The notes beneath the pieces are model-generated. The model was given only the letters and a program-made list of their open reading frames with translations. It did no database searches and was not told where the DNA came from. A DNA stretch of 33,632 nt from a bacterium (GTDB lineage Bacteria > SZUA-182 > DTGQ01 > JAFGSM01). Shown here one piece after another: positions 1 to 9,472 of the stretch. The stretch covers positions 1-33,632 of the forward strand of contig JBLIRO010000055.1 in assembly GCA_049472335.1 (NCBI GenBank), given 5' to 3'. Numbering within the stretch: position 1 is the first letter of the stretch; every line of letters begins with the position of its first letter. The translations under genes and the position numbers were made by a program.

Positions 1-204
1 ATCGCAAATGATCCACCATTTTTTGGGATTGCCATAGTACTTTTGGCTTAACAAATCCAGCCTCTCGGACTGATTTACCGTATGTAAAAAGGCGCCGGGG
101 GTCTCAGGTATCCATCGCAGTGTCTTTGAACGGGCTGCCCGGCCTTCAGTATTTACGGCATGTATCTCAGGCAGGTCCTTATAGCGGGATCCCTTAAAAA
201 ACAT
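1..204 (-). CDS. eCIS LysM-domain protein (Afp7/Pvc7 C-terminal-like), truncated by the window edge
   Basis: Not in the ORF track. Manual translation from ATG at 204 gives MFFKGSRY...HTVNQSERLDLLSQKYYGNPKKWWIICD, a LysM-like signature. GGAGGGAG RBS just upstream; lies directly after the CIS tube-like gene. Confidence 0.8.
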   Translation of the reverse strand, partial: MFFKGSRYKDLPEIHAVNTEGRAARSKTLRWIPETPGAFLHTVNQSERLDLLSQKYYGNPKKWWIICD

Positions 205-218
205 ATACTCCCTCCATA

Positions 219-938
219 TTATAATGGGACGATAACATTCACTACCTCCAGAAGGTTGGCCAGATTGAGGACAGACATGGCCTCCTTCATGACCTTTGAA
301 TATAAATAGGGCGGATTCGGCCCCTCGATCACCGTCATATCCACAGATACTGTTGCACGGATAGGATTGAGGTCCGTGCTGAACTCCTCCTCCTTTATAC
401 TCATGCTATTAAGGTTCACGGGAAGGACCTTCTTTCTCCCCCAGATAAAGAGGATCATCGGGGGCCTCTCTGAACCGGTAAACGTATATCCTACTTTTCC
501 TCCACCGAAGATCGCAGAAATAGCCGCACCCAAAAGGCTTTCGCTCTTGGGATACATCATAAGCTCCAAGGTGGAAAGCTCCGGAGCTATACCAAACTGC
601 TCGGTGATAGTATCCCCCTCATTCAGCTTATCAGTGGCATCAAAACGGATCTCTATGCTGATTGTCTCCGGCTCCACCCTTACATCCTGGGCATCCCTTA
701 AGACATCTAGCTTCTCGAATGCATCTTGTTGATGGAATTCACGCAGACTAAGCCCACCACCCTTTTTCCCTCCCTCCTTTTCATCTTGATCAAAGCTAGG
801 CGCAGAAAATGAATTTGACCTATTTCTTGATATAGCTACTGGATTGAACTGAAATACCAGAATCAATGGCGGAATACTGATCCCGTATTCCACAAACGCA
901 CCACGTAGGATTTTGGGTTGATTGGAAAAGCCGGACAT
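219..938 (-). CDS. Contractile injection system tube-like protein (Afp7/Pvc7 N-terminal, CIS_tube family)
   Basis: FQFNP, ETISIEIRFDATD, PPMILFIWG, VLPV and EEEFSTDLNPIRATV motifs typical of eCIS tube-initiator proteins; eCIS context. Confidence 0.8.
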   Translation of the reverse strand: MSGFSNQPKILRGAFVEYGISIPPLILVFQFNPVAISRNRSNSFSAPSFDQDEKEGGKKGGGLSLREFHQQDAFEKLDVLRDAQDVRVEPETISIEIRFDATDKLNEGDTITEQFGIAPELSTLELMMYPKSESLLGAAISAIFGGGKVGYTFTGSERPPMILFIWGRKKVLPVNLNSMSIKEEEFSTDLNPIRATVSVDMTVIEGPNPPYLYSKVMKEAMSVLNLANLLEVVNVIVPL

Positions 939-1025
939 TGATTTAAGTCTCCATCTTTATAATCCTAGCGAAGCTCCACCTTAAACCGATAAGGGTAAAG
1001 GCTATTTTGCTCTAACGAAGTTTCT

Positions 1026-1048
1026 CGATGCTGGATGCTAGATGCTAT
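1026..1048. repeat. Short 7-bp tandem repeat (GATGCTR x3)
   Basis: cgatgctggatgctagatgcta read directly. Confidence 0.5.
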
Positions 1049-1501
1049 ATACTAGATAAACATAAATAAAAAATATTCCTTAATTTACTTGAATCCACAA
1101 ACCAGCAATCGACATTGTTTCCATTACACACTAAAGTAATCGATAAAAACTTGTCTCATTTGTTAAGTTTTGGTCCATAAAGAACAACTAGTATGATGAT
1201 TCCTAAATAATTTACTAATAATATATTATGTGATCCCAGCCATTAGGTTGCTCAATGAGGTAGATGTAGGCTAAAGCTTACGACTAACATAACAATCTTG
1301 CCATGTTATTTTAGAATCGATCTACTAGTATTAACAAACTTATGGTATTCCCCTGATTGCTCCTTATTAATATAAGCTATCTATGCATGATTTATATTTT
1401 TTATCTTTTCCCCTCCCGTAGTATTGACTACGAACATGGCCCTTTGATGTCATGAATTATATTTTTAATGCAAATCTCATCATGGCATACTTTCAACACA
1501 T

Positions 1502-1805
1502 CTAATTAAGGTAAAAATATTTTTTTATAGCTTGATCATAATTATTAGCATTGTTAAGTATATGTGGTTCCTCATCTTCTGTCCCAGCAAATTTATGGGA
1601 TGCTTCATGTATTATAGTTAAGGCCATCTCATCAAGATCATCAATATTATTAAACTCATCAACACAAAAATGAATATTCACACTCCAGGGATGAAATGCT
1701 TTGATTTTGATCCTTCATTCCCAAACATTTTCGAACAAATTTTTTTTGATTAATAAGATCACTCTTTTTCAATTCTTGTTCGTTTATTAAACCTTGCTTC
1801 TTCAT
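1502..1805 (-). pseudogene. Frameshifted remnant of an M35/aspzincin-like HExxH metallopeptidase effector
   Basis: Open frame 1714-1502 reads ...AFHPWSVNIHFCVDEF...MALTIIHEASHKFAGTEDEEPHILNNANNY...* (HExxH, GTxD, NAxxY). An upstream frame offset by 1 nt starts MKKQ at 1805, like the neighbouring effector. Confidence 0.7.
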
Positions 1806-1963
1806 GCCTTTTATCTCAAGTATAGTCGATAAAGTTTTAATTTAAAGAAATGTTAATCTGCCCACAATTTTTCAATTTCCACTTTCCTTACCTATTCTGT
1901 TTTATGTAAAAAATTTTTTCATAATTTGTGGTATCCATATAGGCTAGGATTATTTATCTGTAA

Positions 1964-3580
1964 TTACTCGGGTGGCCATAACTTAAATTTCCCGGCGCCT
2001 ACAAAGAACAAATTACTTCTTGGTCTCGGATTTCTTTTAATTTCACCATTACCATCCGGATCCCCTGTCAATTCTTCAAATTTGAATATTTCACTATAAA
2101 CTTTTCCCCCTCTTTTCATGTGCCCTTGAAAGACTGATAGCCATTTGGGACTACTTTTGGCATTTATATTATGTATTGTCTGCACATGTCCATATGTGCC
2201 TGATAAAAGTATTTCTTTTTTTTCTTCAGGATCGAGAGGTTTTTCAAGTTTCTCCTTTTTTTGTTTTCCTTTCACTTCACTCCAAATCATCACATCACCA
2301 GGTTTAAGTCCCATTTTTATCAGTTTAGCCAAATTTTTTTCTGGATTAGAAGAACCTCCATAAAACTCTACAGGACTCTCTGAGGGTATCTTGAAAAAAC
2401 TCCTTGCACGAACCCTTACTAAATTTTTTCTTAATTCTTTAATAGAGACACCTTCACCGATCCTAACAATCGCTAAAAGTCCTGGTATTACCTTTTTATG
2501 AACTCTTCTAGGTGTTCGGTAAGCTGTGAAAAATTTTTGAATGCCATGCTCCTTATAATAATAATGCCTTAGTATTATTGCTACGTCAGCACAATCAAAA
2601 GAATATTTTAGCTCACGAATAAGCATTCTAAAGCTATTCGGCATCTGAGAAGTAACTTTGATCTCCGGTTTCTCTCTTAACCAAGCTTTAGGTAAAGCTT
2701 CAATCCATTCCTGGAATGTCTTATATAGCTTTGGTTCTGGCCATATATTTCTTCCACTCTGCTGAGGATCTAAACCCTGTAAGGCGCATTTAGAGAATTT
2801 ATCTTCTTTTTGCTGCCTTACATGTGTCAACTCATGGGAAAAAAGCCTTTTCCCTTCTTTTGTTTTAAGCGAAAATTCACCCTTATTGAATACAATATTA
2901 TTTCCAACTGTAAATGCTTTTGCATTAATTGATTCAGCTAACTTTGAGGCTCTTTCATCGTTATGAATCCTCACTGGTCTCAGGTCGAAGCCAAATAACT
3001 TCTCAAAAAAGATTCTGTCAGACCTTGATATTGGCCGGCCCCTACCTTTAAGTCTATGGATATTTGTCTCTAATTCAGGGCCAGCCATATTATTCTGTTC
3101 TTTTTTTCCCTTAGTGCTTATCATCTCATCTTCTTCTGTCCCCTTTATCTGTCTTTGAACTAATCCAGTTATCTGTTTAGGTTGGATAAGTTTTTCTTCC
3201 TCTTCCTCTGGGTCAACTTGGCTTTGTAAGGCTTGATCTGGCATACGCATTATTTCATCAGCTATTCGATCTGCCTCCTGTTCGTAAATATCTCTTTCCT
3301 TGCAAATCTTAAGTTTTGCTTGAATTATTTTCTGAATAAAAGTATTACCATAATTTTGGTGCAAGTAATCGAAAATATTTGATGCTAGAGAGTTGTTTAT
3401 ATTTTGTGACAACTCAGGAAGATTCATGATAGATGTAAAATCAGAGAGATTTTTCATTTTAACAAATTGAAAATAATCTTCACTTTTTTGTTTAAACATT
3501 TTTTTTTGAGTTAAACTTACTTGTAATGACTGCCCCTTCTTTTCTCCCTCTAATTTATTTGCTGATTCTTGCTTTTTCAT
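1964..3580 (-). CDS. DUF4157 (eCIS core domain) candidate effector with C-terminal papain-like/NlpC-P60-like Cys-His domain
   Basis: Leader LHQNYGN..IQAKL..DIYEQEADRIAD; DUF4157 core (VRIH, AFTVGNNIVF, LFSHELTHVRQQ); C-terminus has FDCAD...PGDVMIW...GHVQ. Confidence 0.8.
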   Translation of the reverse strand: MKKQESANKLEGEKKGQSLQVSLTQKKMFKQKSEDYFQFVKMKNLSDFTSIMNLPELSQNINNSLASNIFDYLHQNYGNTFIQKIIQAKLKICKERDIYEQEADRIADEIMRMPDQALQSQVDPEEEEEKLIQPKQITGLVQRQIKGTEEDEMISTKGKKEQNNMAGPELETNIHRLKGRGRPISRSDRIFFEKLFGFDLRPVRIHNDERASKLAESINAKAFTVGNNIVFNKGEFSLKTKEGKRLFSHELTHVRQQKEDKFSKCALQGLDPQQSGRNIWPEPKLYKTFQEWIEALPKAWLREKPEIKVTSQMPNSFRMLIRELKYSFDCADVAIILRHYYYKEHGIQKFFTAYRTPRRVHKKVIPGLLAIVRIGEGVSIKELRKNLVRVRARSFFKIPSESPVEFYGGSSNPEKNLAKLIKMGLKPGDVMIWSEVKGKQKKEKLEKPLDPEEKKEILLSGTYGHVQTIHNINAKSSPKWLSVFQGHMKRGGKVYSEIFKFEELTGDPDGNGEIKRNPRPRSNLFFVGAGKFKLWPPE

Positions 3581-3866
3581 CCCTTACATCTCCTCAACCA
3601 TAACCTACCCAGCATACTTCCCAAACTCCGACCTGACATAAGGCCCGCCTATCTTTCTATATTCCTGTATTGTTATCTGAATGATATGTTCCATGGCAAT
3701 CGCCCCTGAATTCCCTGTGGTCATAAAGGTTACATTCAATGCAATGTTATTTATGTTTCCACCGATGATCTTTAAGTGATCTGAGAGAAATGAAAAATTG
3801 ATAATTCTCCGCATAGTTGTGTTCTGAGAAAATGTTTTCTTCCATATCTGATATCGATATTTTCAT
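3553..3866 (-). pseudogene. Diverged duplicate of the 3' end of the AAA+ ATPase gene plus the effector start (copy of about 5761-6075)
   Basis: Colinear nucleotide match; FLSDHLKIIGGNINNIA...YVRSEFGKYAG* vs FLSDHLKITGGNIKNIA...YVRSEFGKYAGLIMVEEM. Premature TAG at 3605-3607; no Walker motifs. Confidence 0.9.
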
Positions 3867-3925
3867 TATTTATTTCCTTTTTGAAAATACCAGTGTCGAA
3901 AAACTGATCAATTGTGCGTTTTATC

Positions 3926-5788
3926 TTATGGGTAATAAGGCTTGAGCATTGCTATAGCTACAAAACAATTAGCTAAAATCTCCAGGGCTTGCTCTTCTGT
4001 CTCAGGAAGCCGAACTGGATTATGGAGTTCTTTAGGTAGATATGCTTTTGCTCTTTCCTTATCACATTCTTTTTCAGATTCTATAAAAGTACGTAATTTG
4101 AAAAAAGGAAACCTCTTATCAGTGAAAACAGAAAACCATTGAGTGGGAAATACTTTTGATACACTTCTTTGATGTAACACTACTTTCGCGGGAACTTTTA
4201 GCAATACCTTATAAAACGTAACGGTAAATGATTTCTTTTTCCTTTCTCCTATTTCTCCAGGTTTTGTTTCCTCTTTTTCTCCAGATTTTTTCTCTTCGGG
4301 AGGAAAAGTTATATGTAATTGTTTTAATTCACTTTCCCATAAGTTAATGTAATCAAGCCTTTTCTCTTCCTCTTGTTCTGTGGAAGGAGTTTTAACGATT
4401 TTTTGCCATCTTTCTTTTCTCCCTTCTACCGATTTACGCCACCTTCTTTCGATAGAACTCCAATCTATAAGCAAGGAACTGATGGGAGTATCGCTGTGAA
4501 TATCGTCTCCATCTACTAAACCGAGGCCTAGCGTGGGCATAAATGGAAAAAAGTGCCCTGGCGTATATGAACACTTCGGGTACTTCCTACGAAACTCTTC
4601 TACATCCATGGGAGAATTGAATTCTGTATTAGTGTCATGCAATTCTGCTGATATCCCTAAAGCGCACACTCCAGAAACAATCAACATTGAGAATTCAAAA
4701 CAGCCTCCCAAGAAAATTCCCTCATCTTCTTTTAGTCCTGGTTTTTCCTTTTCCGCTACATAGTGTTGTGTTTTTGGTCGTAGGAGGCTTAAGAATTCCA
4801 CTACAATTGCGTGTTGATCTAAGGGTTTCTTTTTACTCTTTTTAACTAAGTTTTCCCAGGCATCCTTACCAATCATTTTTTTAACGTATTCTAAATATTT
4901 CTTAGAAGATTCATCTTCTTTACATGTAGTTGCTTCGGTTTCTTGTCTCTGTATCATTAAACCTGAGTATTTAGGTTTTAAATGACGTAAAGAATTCATT
5001 GAATTATTGCTGTGAGGTTTATATCTTTTATAGTTAGTATTAGCCTGCTGTATGCAATGAGTCAATTCGTGTGCTAAAAGTCTTTTTCCTGATGAGGTAT
5101 TAGGTACATATTGGCCCGCCCCAAACACTACATCATTTCCTACCGTAAATGCTCTTGAATTCAATGCATCTGCCATTTCTGCTGTCCGGGTACTTGTATG
5201 TATTCTAACTCCACTAAAGTCATATCCAAAACGTGTCTCAAAAAAGTTACTAATTGATTTTGATAATGGTTGACCACTATTTTTCAGATCATGGTTTCGT
5301 GATTCAATTAAACTAATAGGAGATAATGACTGTCCTATAGATTGCTTATTTTTATTGATAGGAATAGTACAATCAGAGTTGTTTTTTTTGTTTATTAAGT
5401 TGTCCTTCTTCTCTGTTTGTTTTTGAATCTGTGGCTCTGGTATATTCACCACTTCATCCGCCACCTTATCTGCCTCCCTTTCATAAATATCCCTGGGATT
5501 ACTAATTTTAAGCTTGGCTTGAATGGTTCTCTGTAGAAATGCATTACCGTAATTTTGATGTAAATGATTAAGGATATTCTCTTCCTGAGAAATATTTAAA
5601 AAACTTAAAAAATCATGGGTATTTTGCACAGATAATAAACTATTAGTAGAATTTTCTCTATTTTGATTAATTAGAGAAACATTGTTTTTGGGGCTATTTA
5701 ATTCTGATCTTCTCTTGACAGCGTTATATTGATAAAACTGAGATTTTTTCTCTTTCTCTGATTTATTTGCTGATTCTCGCTCTTTCAT
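3926..5788 (-). CDS. DUF4157 (eCIS core domain) candidate effector with C-terminal transglutaminase/papain-like Cys-His-Asp domain
   Basis: Same leader (LHQNYGNAFLQRTIQAKL..DIYEREADKVAD) and DUF4157 core (FGYDFSGVRIHT, AFTVGNDVVF, LLAHELTHCIQQ); unrelated C-terminus GGCFEFS...GHFF...VDGD. Confidence 0.8.
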   Translation of the reverse strand: MKERESANKSEKEKKSQFYQYNAVKRRSELNSPKNNVSLINQNRENSTNSLLSVQNTHDFLSFLNISQEENILNHLHQNYGNAFLQRTIQAKLKISNPRDIYEREADKVADEVVNIPEPQIQKQTEKKDNLINKKNNSDCTIPINKNKQSIGQSLSPISLIESRNHDLKNSGQPLSKSISNFFETRFGYDFSGVRIHTSTRTAEMADALNSRAFTVGNDVVFGAGQYVPNTSSGKRLLAHELTHCIQQANTNYKRYKPHSNNSMNSLRHLKPKYSGLMIQRQETEATTCKEDESSKKYLEYVKKMIGKDAWENLVKKSKKKPLDQHAIVVEFLSLLRPKTQHYVAEKEKPGLKEDEGIFLGGCFEFSMLIVSGVCALGISAELHDTNTEFNSPMDVEEFRRKYPKCSYTPGHFFPFMPTLGLGLVDGDDIHSDTPISSLLIDWSSIERRWRKSVEGRKERWQKIVKTPSTEQEEEKRLDYINLWESELKQLHITFPPEEKKSGEKEETKPGEIGERKKKSFTVTFYKVLLKVPAKVVLHQRSVSKVFPTQWFSVFTDKRFPFFKLRTFIESEKECDKERAKAYLPKELHNPVRLPETEEQALEILANCFVAIAMLKPYYP

Positions 5789-5791
5789 CCC

Positions 5792-8014
5792 TTACATCTC
5801 CTCAACCATAATCAACCCAGCATACTTCCCAAACTCCGATCTGACATAAGGCCTGCCTATTTTTTTATATTCCTGCATTGTTGACTGGATGATATGCTCC
5901 ATGGTAATCGACCCTGAATTCCCTGCTGCCATAAAGGCTGCATTCACTGCGATATTCTTTATGTTTCCGCCGGTGATCTTTAAATGATCCGAGAGAAATG
6001 TAAAATCAATATTCTTGTGTATTGGTGCATCCTTTGGAAATATCTTTTTCCATATCTGATACCGGTATTTCTCATCCGGGAATGGAAACTCAACCAGAAA
6101 GTGGAGGCGGCGCAGGAAGGCATTGTCAATATTCCTTCTCAGATTTGTAGCAAGGATGCTGATCCCTTCGTATTCCTCCATTTTCTGTAGAAGGTATCCT
6201 ATTTCGATGTTGGCATACCTGTCATGGGCATCTTTCACTTCGGAGCGCTTGCCAAAGAGGGCGTCGGCCTCGTCAAAGAACAGGATGGCGTTGCTGCTTT
6301 CTGCTTCATAAAAGATCCTGCTCAGGTTCTTTTCTGTCTCACCAATGTATTTGCTCACCACACTTGAAAGATCGATCTTGTAAAGGTCCAGTTGCAGATT
6401 GTTGGCTATGATCTCCGCGGCCATGGTCTTGCCGGTGCCGCTGGGGCCTGAAAACAGGGCATGAAGCCCTTTCCCCAAAGAGAGCTTTTGGCCAAATCCC
6501 CATTTTCCGTAAACCAGGTGTTTGTATTTCATCTGATTGCATATGGCATGGAGCTGTTGCAGGGTATCTCCGGGCAAAACAATATCTTCCCAGGTGTAAT
6601 GAGGGATGATCTTTTGTGCAAGGCTCCCCAGCTTCTGGTTGCACTGGGCACGGCATCCCTGATAGAGATCCTGCATGGTGATCTCCGGCTCATCCGGGTC
6701 TTGAAGGAGGGCCAGGTTTTGGGCTGCAGAAAGGGCATCCTTTATTTGGCCGGGTGTAAAGCGAAACTTTGATGTGAATTCATTAAAGTCCACTTCGGGG
6801 GAAAACTGAAACCTTCCATTGGTCATTTCTTTCCATAGTTCTGTTTGGGCAGCAAATTCCGGAGCCTGAAAAGGGACCTTTACAAAGGTATTCCCGGTGA
6901 ACAGTGCTCCGGGCTCCCAGTTTTTCTCACCTGCCAGAAAGGTAAGAAGGGAGAATTCATCAATGGCACGTTCGATGATCTTTAAATGCAGATGATGTTT
7001 TTCTTCCGCACCCAGGAGCGGATGGATCCCTTTCAGATAGATGGCGGCTGGCTGAAGCATTGCCTCACGAAAGATCAGGCGCAGTGCATCTTCGAAAGGC
7101 AGGTCCCTTGCCAGAAGCTCTTCCATGTCACTAATTATCAGGGGGAGGTTGATCTCTTTGCAGATCGCCTCGGCAAGGGATTGCCTTCCTGAGCCGTAAG
7201 GCCCATAGAGATAGAGGATGAGGCTTCTGGGTTGTTCATTTGATTGAGCAAAGTGCCTCTTTGTGAGGGTGATTAACTGTGTCTTTGATTCCTGAGAGAT
7301 AGGTGCTTCACTTATATCAGCCTTGGGTAGGATTAATTTGGAGAAGGATTCAATCCGGCTATCCGGAACATTGATCCCGAGGAGAAAGTTTACTATCCGG
7401 TCATCCAGTTTAAGGGATCTCCAAAGCAAGGGAGGGTGAGGATATTGTGAATCTTCCATGATCTGAATTATTCCTTTTTTGATAAGAGGGGCCTGGGGCA
7501 GGAAGCAGGAGCGTGCGATCATAATCTCCTCCTGTGTGGTGCAAAGGAGACTCAGAATCAGGTCCGGACTGGGATTTTTACGGGTCATATCATCCTGGAG
7601 GTATGCGTATAGTTTTTTATATTTTCTGTTCAGCTCAGGGGCCAGGCAGATGAGCACGCTTTGTTCTTCGAAGGGGGAAAGCCCAAAAAGCCGGGATAAA
7701 CGAGGCAGAGCCAGATAAGTCCCTTTTGCCATGCTGGCTTTTTTCTTTTCCGAAATTGTAAGCTTTAATTGCTCAATGGCATTTATCAGGGAATTGATTT
7801 GAGGGTCTGTTTCTTCCTGTTTTTTTGGATCAGTGTCTCTTTCCATAAGTATGTCATCTATTTCCTGATCCGTTAGTAAAAGCCACTTTATGGTATCCTG
7901 TGGGCTATCGGGCAGGGATTTACGTAATTTCAATATGCCCAGATGAAGGAGCAGATCAAGCCTGAGTATCTCGTCTTTCAGGTACTGTATGTTGTTTCGA
8001 TATATATCTGCCAT
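5792..8014 (-). CDS. eCIS AAA+ ATPase (Afp15/Pvc15-like)
   Basis: N-terminal LFGLSPFE..LICLAPE..YAYLQDD region; degenerate first AAA (GPYGSGRQS); intact second AAA (GPSGTGKT, SKYIGETEKN, FFDEAD, ATN..D.AFLRR). Confidence 0.92.
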   Translation of the reverse strand: MADIYRNNIQYLKDEILRLDLLLHLGILKLRKSLPDSPQDTIKWLLLTDQEIDDILMERDTDPKKQEETDPQINSLINAIEQLKLTISEKKKASMAKGTYLALPRLSRLFGLSPFEEQSVLICLAPELNRKYKKLYAYLQDDMTRKNPSPDLILSLLCTTQEEIMIARSCFLPQAPLIKKGIIQIMEDSQYPHPPLLWRSLKLDDRIVNFLLGINVPDSRIESFSKLILPKADISEAPISQESKTQLITLTKRHFAQSNEQPRSLILYLYGPYGSGRQSLAEAICKEINLPLIISDMEELLARDLPFEDALRLIFREAMLQPAAIYLKGIHPLLGAEEKHHLHLKIIERAIDEFSLLTFLAGEKNWEPGALFTGNTFVKVPFQAPEFAAQTELWKEMTNGRFQFSPEVDFNEFTSKFRFTPGQIKDALSAAQNLALLQDPDEPEITMQDLYQGCRAQCNQKLGSLAQKIIPHYTWEDIVLPGDTLQQLHAICNQMKYKHLVYGKWGFGQKLSLGKGLHALFSGPSGTGKTMAAEIIANNLQLDLYKIDLSSVVSKYIGETEKNLSRIFYEAESSNAILFFDEADALFGKRSEVKDAHDRYANIEIGYLLQKMEEYEGISILATNLRRNIDNAFLRRLHFLVEFPFPDEKYRYQIWKKIFPKDAPIHKNIDFTFLSDHLKITGGNIKNIAVNAAFMAAGNSGSITMEHIIQSTMQEYKKIGRPYVRSEFGKYAGLIMVEEM

Positions 8015-8017
8015 TTT

Positions 8018-9409
8018 TTACTCTATGACCTTGAAGGGTGTTGGATCTGATTCATGGCCATCCACTATAATTTTTACCTCATAATCCCCGGGGCTAAGTC
8101 TTTTGGGGACATTAAAGGTGATCCTGCTATTGTTGGGGTTATTCCCGATAATAATGACAGATGGGCCAATACAGATACTTATCCTTGCCCCCTGGAGGCG
8201 CTGGCCTATTATCTCAATGGAGTCACCTGCCTTGCCCTGGGTTGGTTCAAATTTTTTGATCAAGGGAACAATCTCAAATGTCCGTTTGTTTGTAGGTGTT
8301 TCATTGATCCTTAGGTCGATATAATGGTGGCCGTTTTGGAGCGTATGGGGCACATGGGCACTGATCTCGCTCTCACTGACTTCTGTCGGGTCCACAGCAA
8401 CATCGCCGATTTTCAATTGCACATCTCCCTGAAGATCATATCCATTAATATCAATGGTAAGGGCAGCAGGATCTTCTTTATCCACGGCCCCCCTTTGCGG
8501 TTCGATGCTTGAGATCCAGGGGGTTATGCGGAATTGCTTTGCATTGCTTTCCTTCCCGTTAATAGATACCTTAATGTTTTGCAGCGGACCTCTTTTGACA
8601 TCTTCAGGGACCTTAAGGACAATCTCATTTTGGGTTGCATTTTCAAGATCTGTAATTGATGTTTCGTTCATCTTCACTTTCGGGCTGAAGCCTTCGGGTG
8701 ATAGATTGACACCTGTGATTTGGAGCTTTGTGCCGACCGGTCCGCTGGCCGGGGACAATTGTGTAATCATGGGCGGGGCGATAATCGCAGGCTCTTGAAT
8801 GCCGGTCTTTTGAACAAGAGGTGCTGTGGGTTTAACAGGGGGGGCAGGGGCAATCTGTACCAGGGATACATGATAGGCTACTGAGAGTTTATAGGGATTA
8901 TTCCCCATTGACCATATCTTTGACATCTCTTCCATGTTCATGGGATTGAGGCTCACCTCTATCTTTTCAAAGGAATTTCTGAGATTTTCCGGGAAATGCA
9001 TATCATTATCCGCATCGAAATACGGATTGTGGATATCATTGAGCACCGGATTCGAATGCAGGATTCGCATGGCCTTTCCCAAGACCTTATGGGCGAATGC
9101 CGGATCATCGGTTGATGAATTCGGATTGGTGATAAACGGAGTAAGCAGATAGAAAAGGTCCAAAGAGAGGGCGGAGGCAGGTATCTTTTTTGGATTATGA
9201 GGGTCCCCCAGCCATTCCATATTTTTACAGTGTGGGTTCTCTTCTACCCTGTAGAGGAATAAATTAACACCTTGAGATTTATTGTTATCACTACCAGACC
9301 CCAGGTCCTCCCAGGGCGGATTTAAACTGACCATATTATCGTTTCCTAATTCTTGTTCCAGGAGTTTTTTTATGGCGAGGGTTATGTCCCCGATAGCCTC
9401 ATCGTTCAT
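8018..9409 (-). CDS. Pvc16/DUF4255-like eCIS cap protein fused to three IPT/TIG-like domains
   Basis: N-terminal VNLFLYRVEENP..LDLFYLLT..LHSNPVL..KIW..SVAY.VSLV motifs; C-terminal repeats beginning PMITQLSPASGPVG, PWISSIEPQRG and PLIKKFEPTQGKAG. Confidence 0.82.
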   Translation of the reverse strand: MNDEAIGDITLAIKKLLEQELGNDNMVSLNPPWEDLGSGSDNNKSQGVNLFLYRVEENPHCKNMEWLGDPHNPKKIPASALSLDLFYLLTPFITNPNSSTDDPAFAHKVLGKAMRILHSNPVLNDIHNPYFDADNDMHFPENLRNSFEKIEVSLNPMNMEEMSKIWSMGNNPYKLSVAYHVSLVQIAPAPPVKPTAPLVQKTGIQEPAIIAPPMITQLSPASGPVGTKLQITGVNLSPEGFSPKVKMNETSITDLENATQNEIVLKVPEDVKRGPLQNIKVSINGKESNAKQFRITPWISSIEPQRGAVDKEDPAALTIDINGYDLQGDVQLKIGDVAVDPTEVSESEISAHVPHTLQNGHHYIDLRINETPTNKRTFEIVPLIKKFEPTQGKAGDSIEIIGQRLQGARISICIGPSVIIIGNNPNNSRITFNVPKRLSPGDYEVKIIVDGHESDPTPFKVIE

Positions 9410-9472
9410 TTTTCCTATTTCCCGATTAGGTTTTTAAAATTAGATTTTGGATTTAGATTTTTTTTGTCCCTG

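Noticed and set aside
3553..6075. Diversity-generating retroelement template/variable repeat pair
   Set aside because: Differences between the copies are not adenine-specific and no reverse transcriptase is present.
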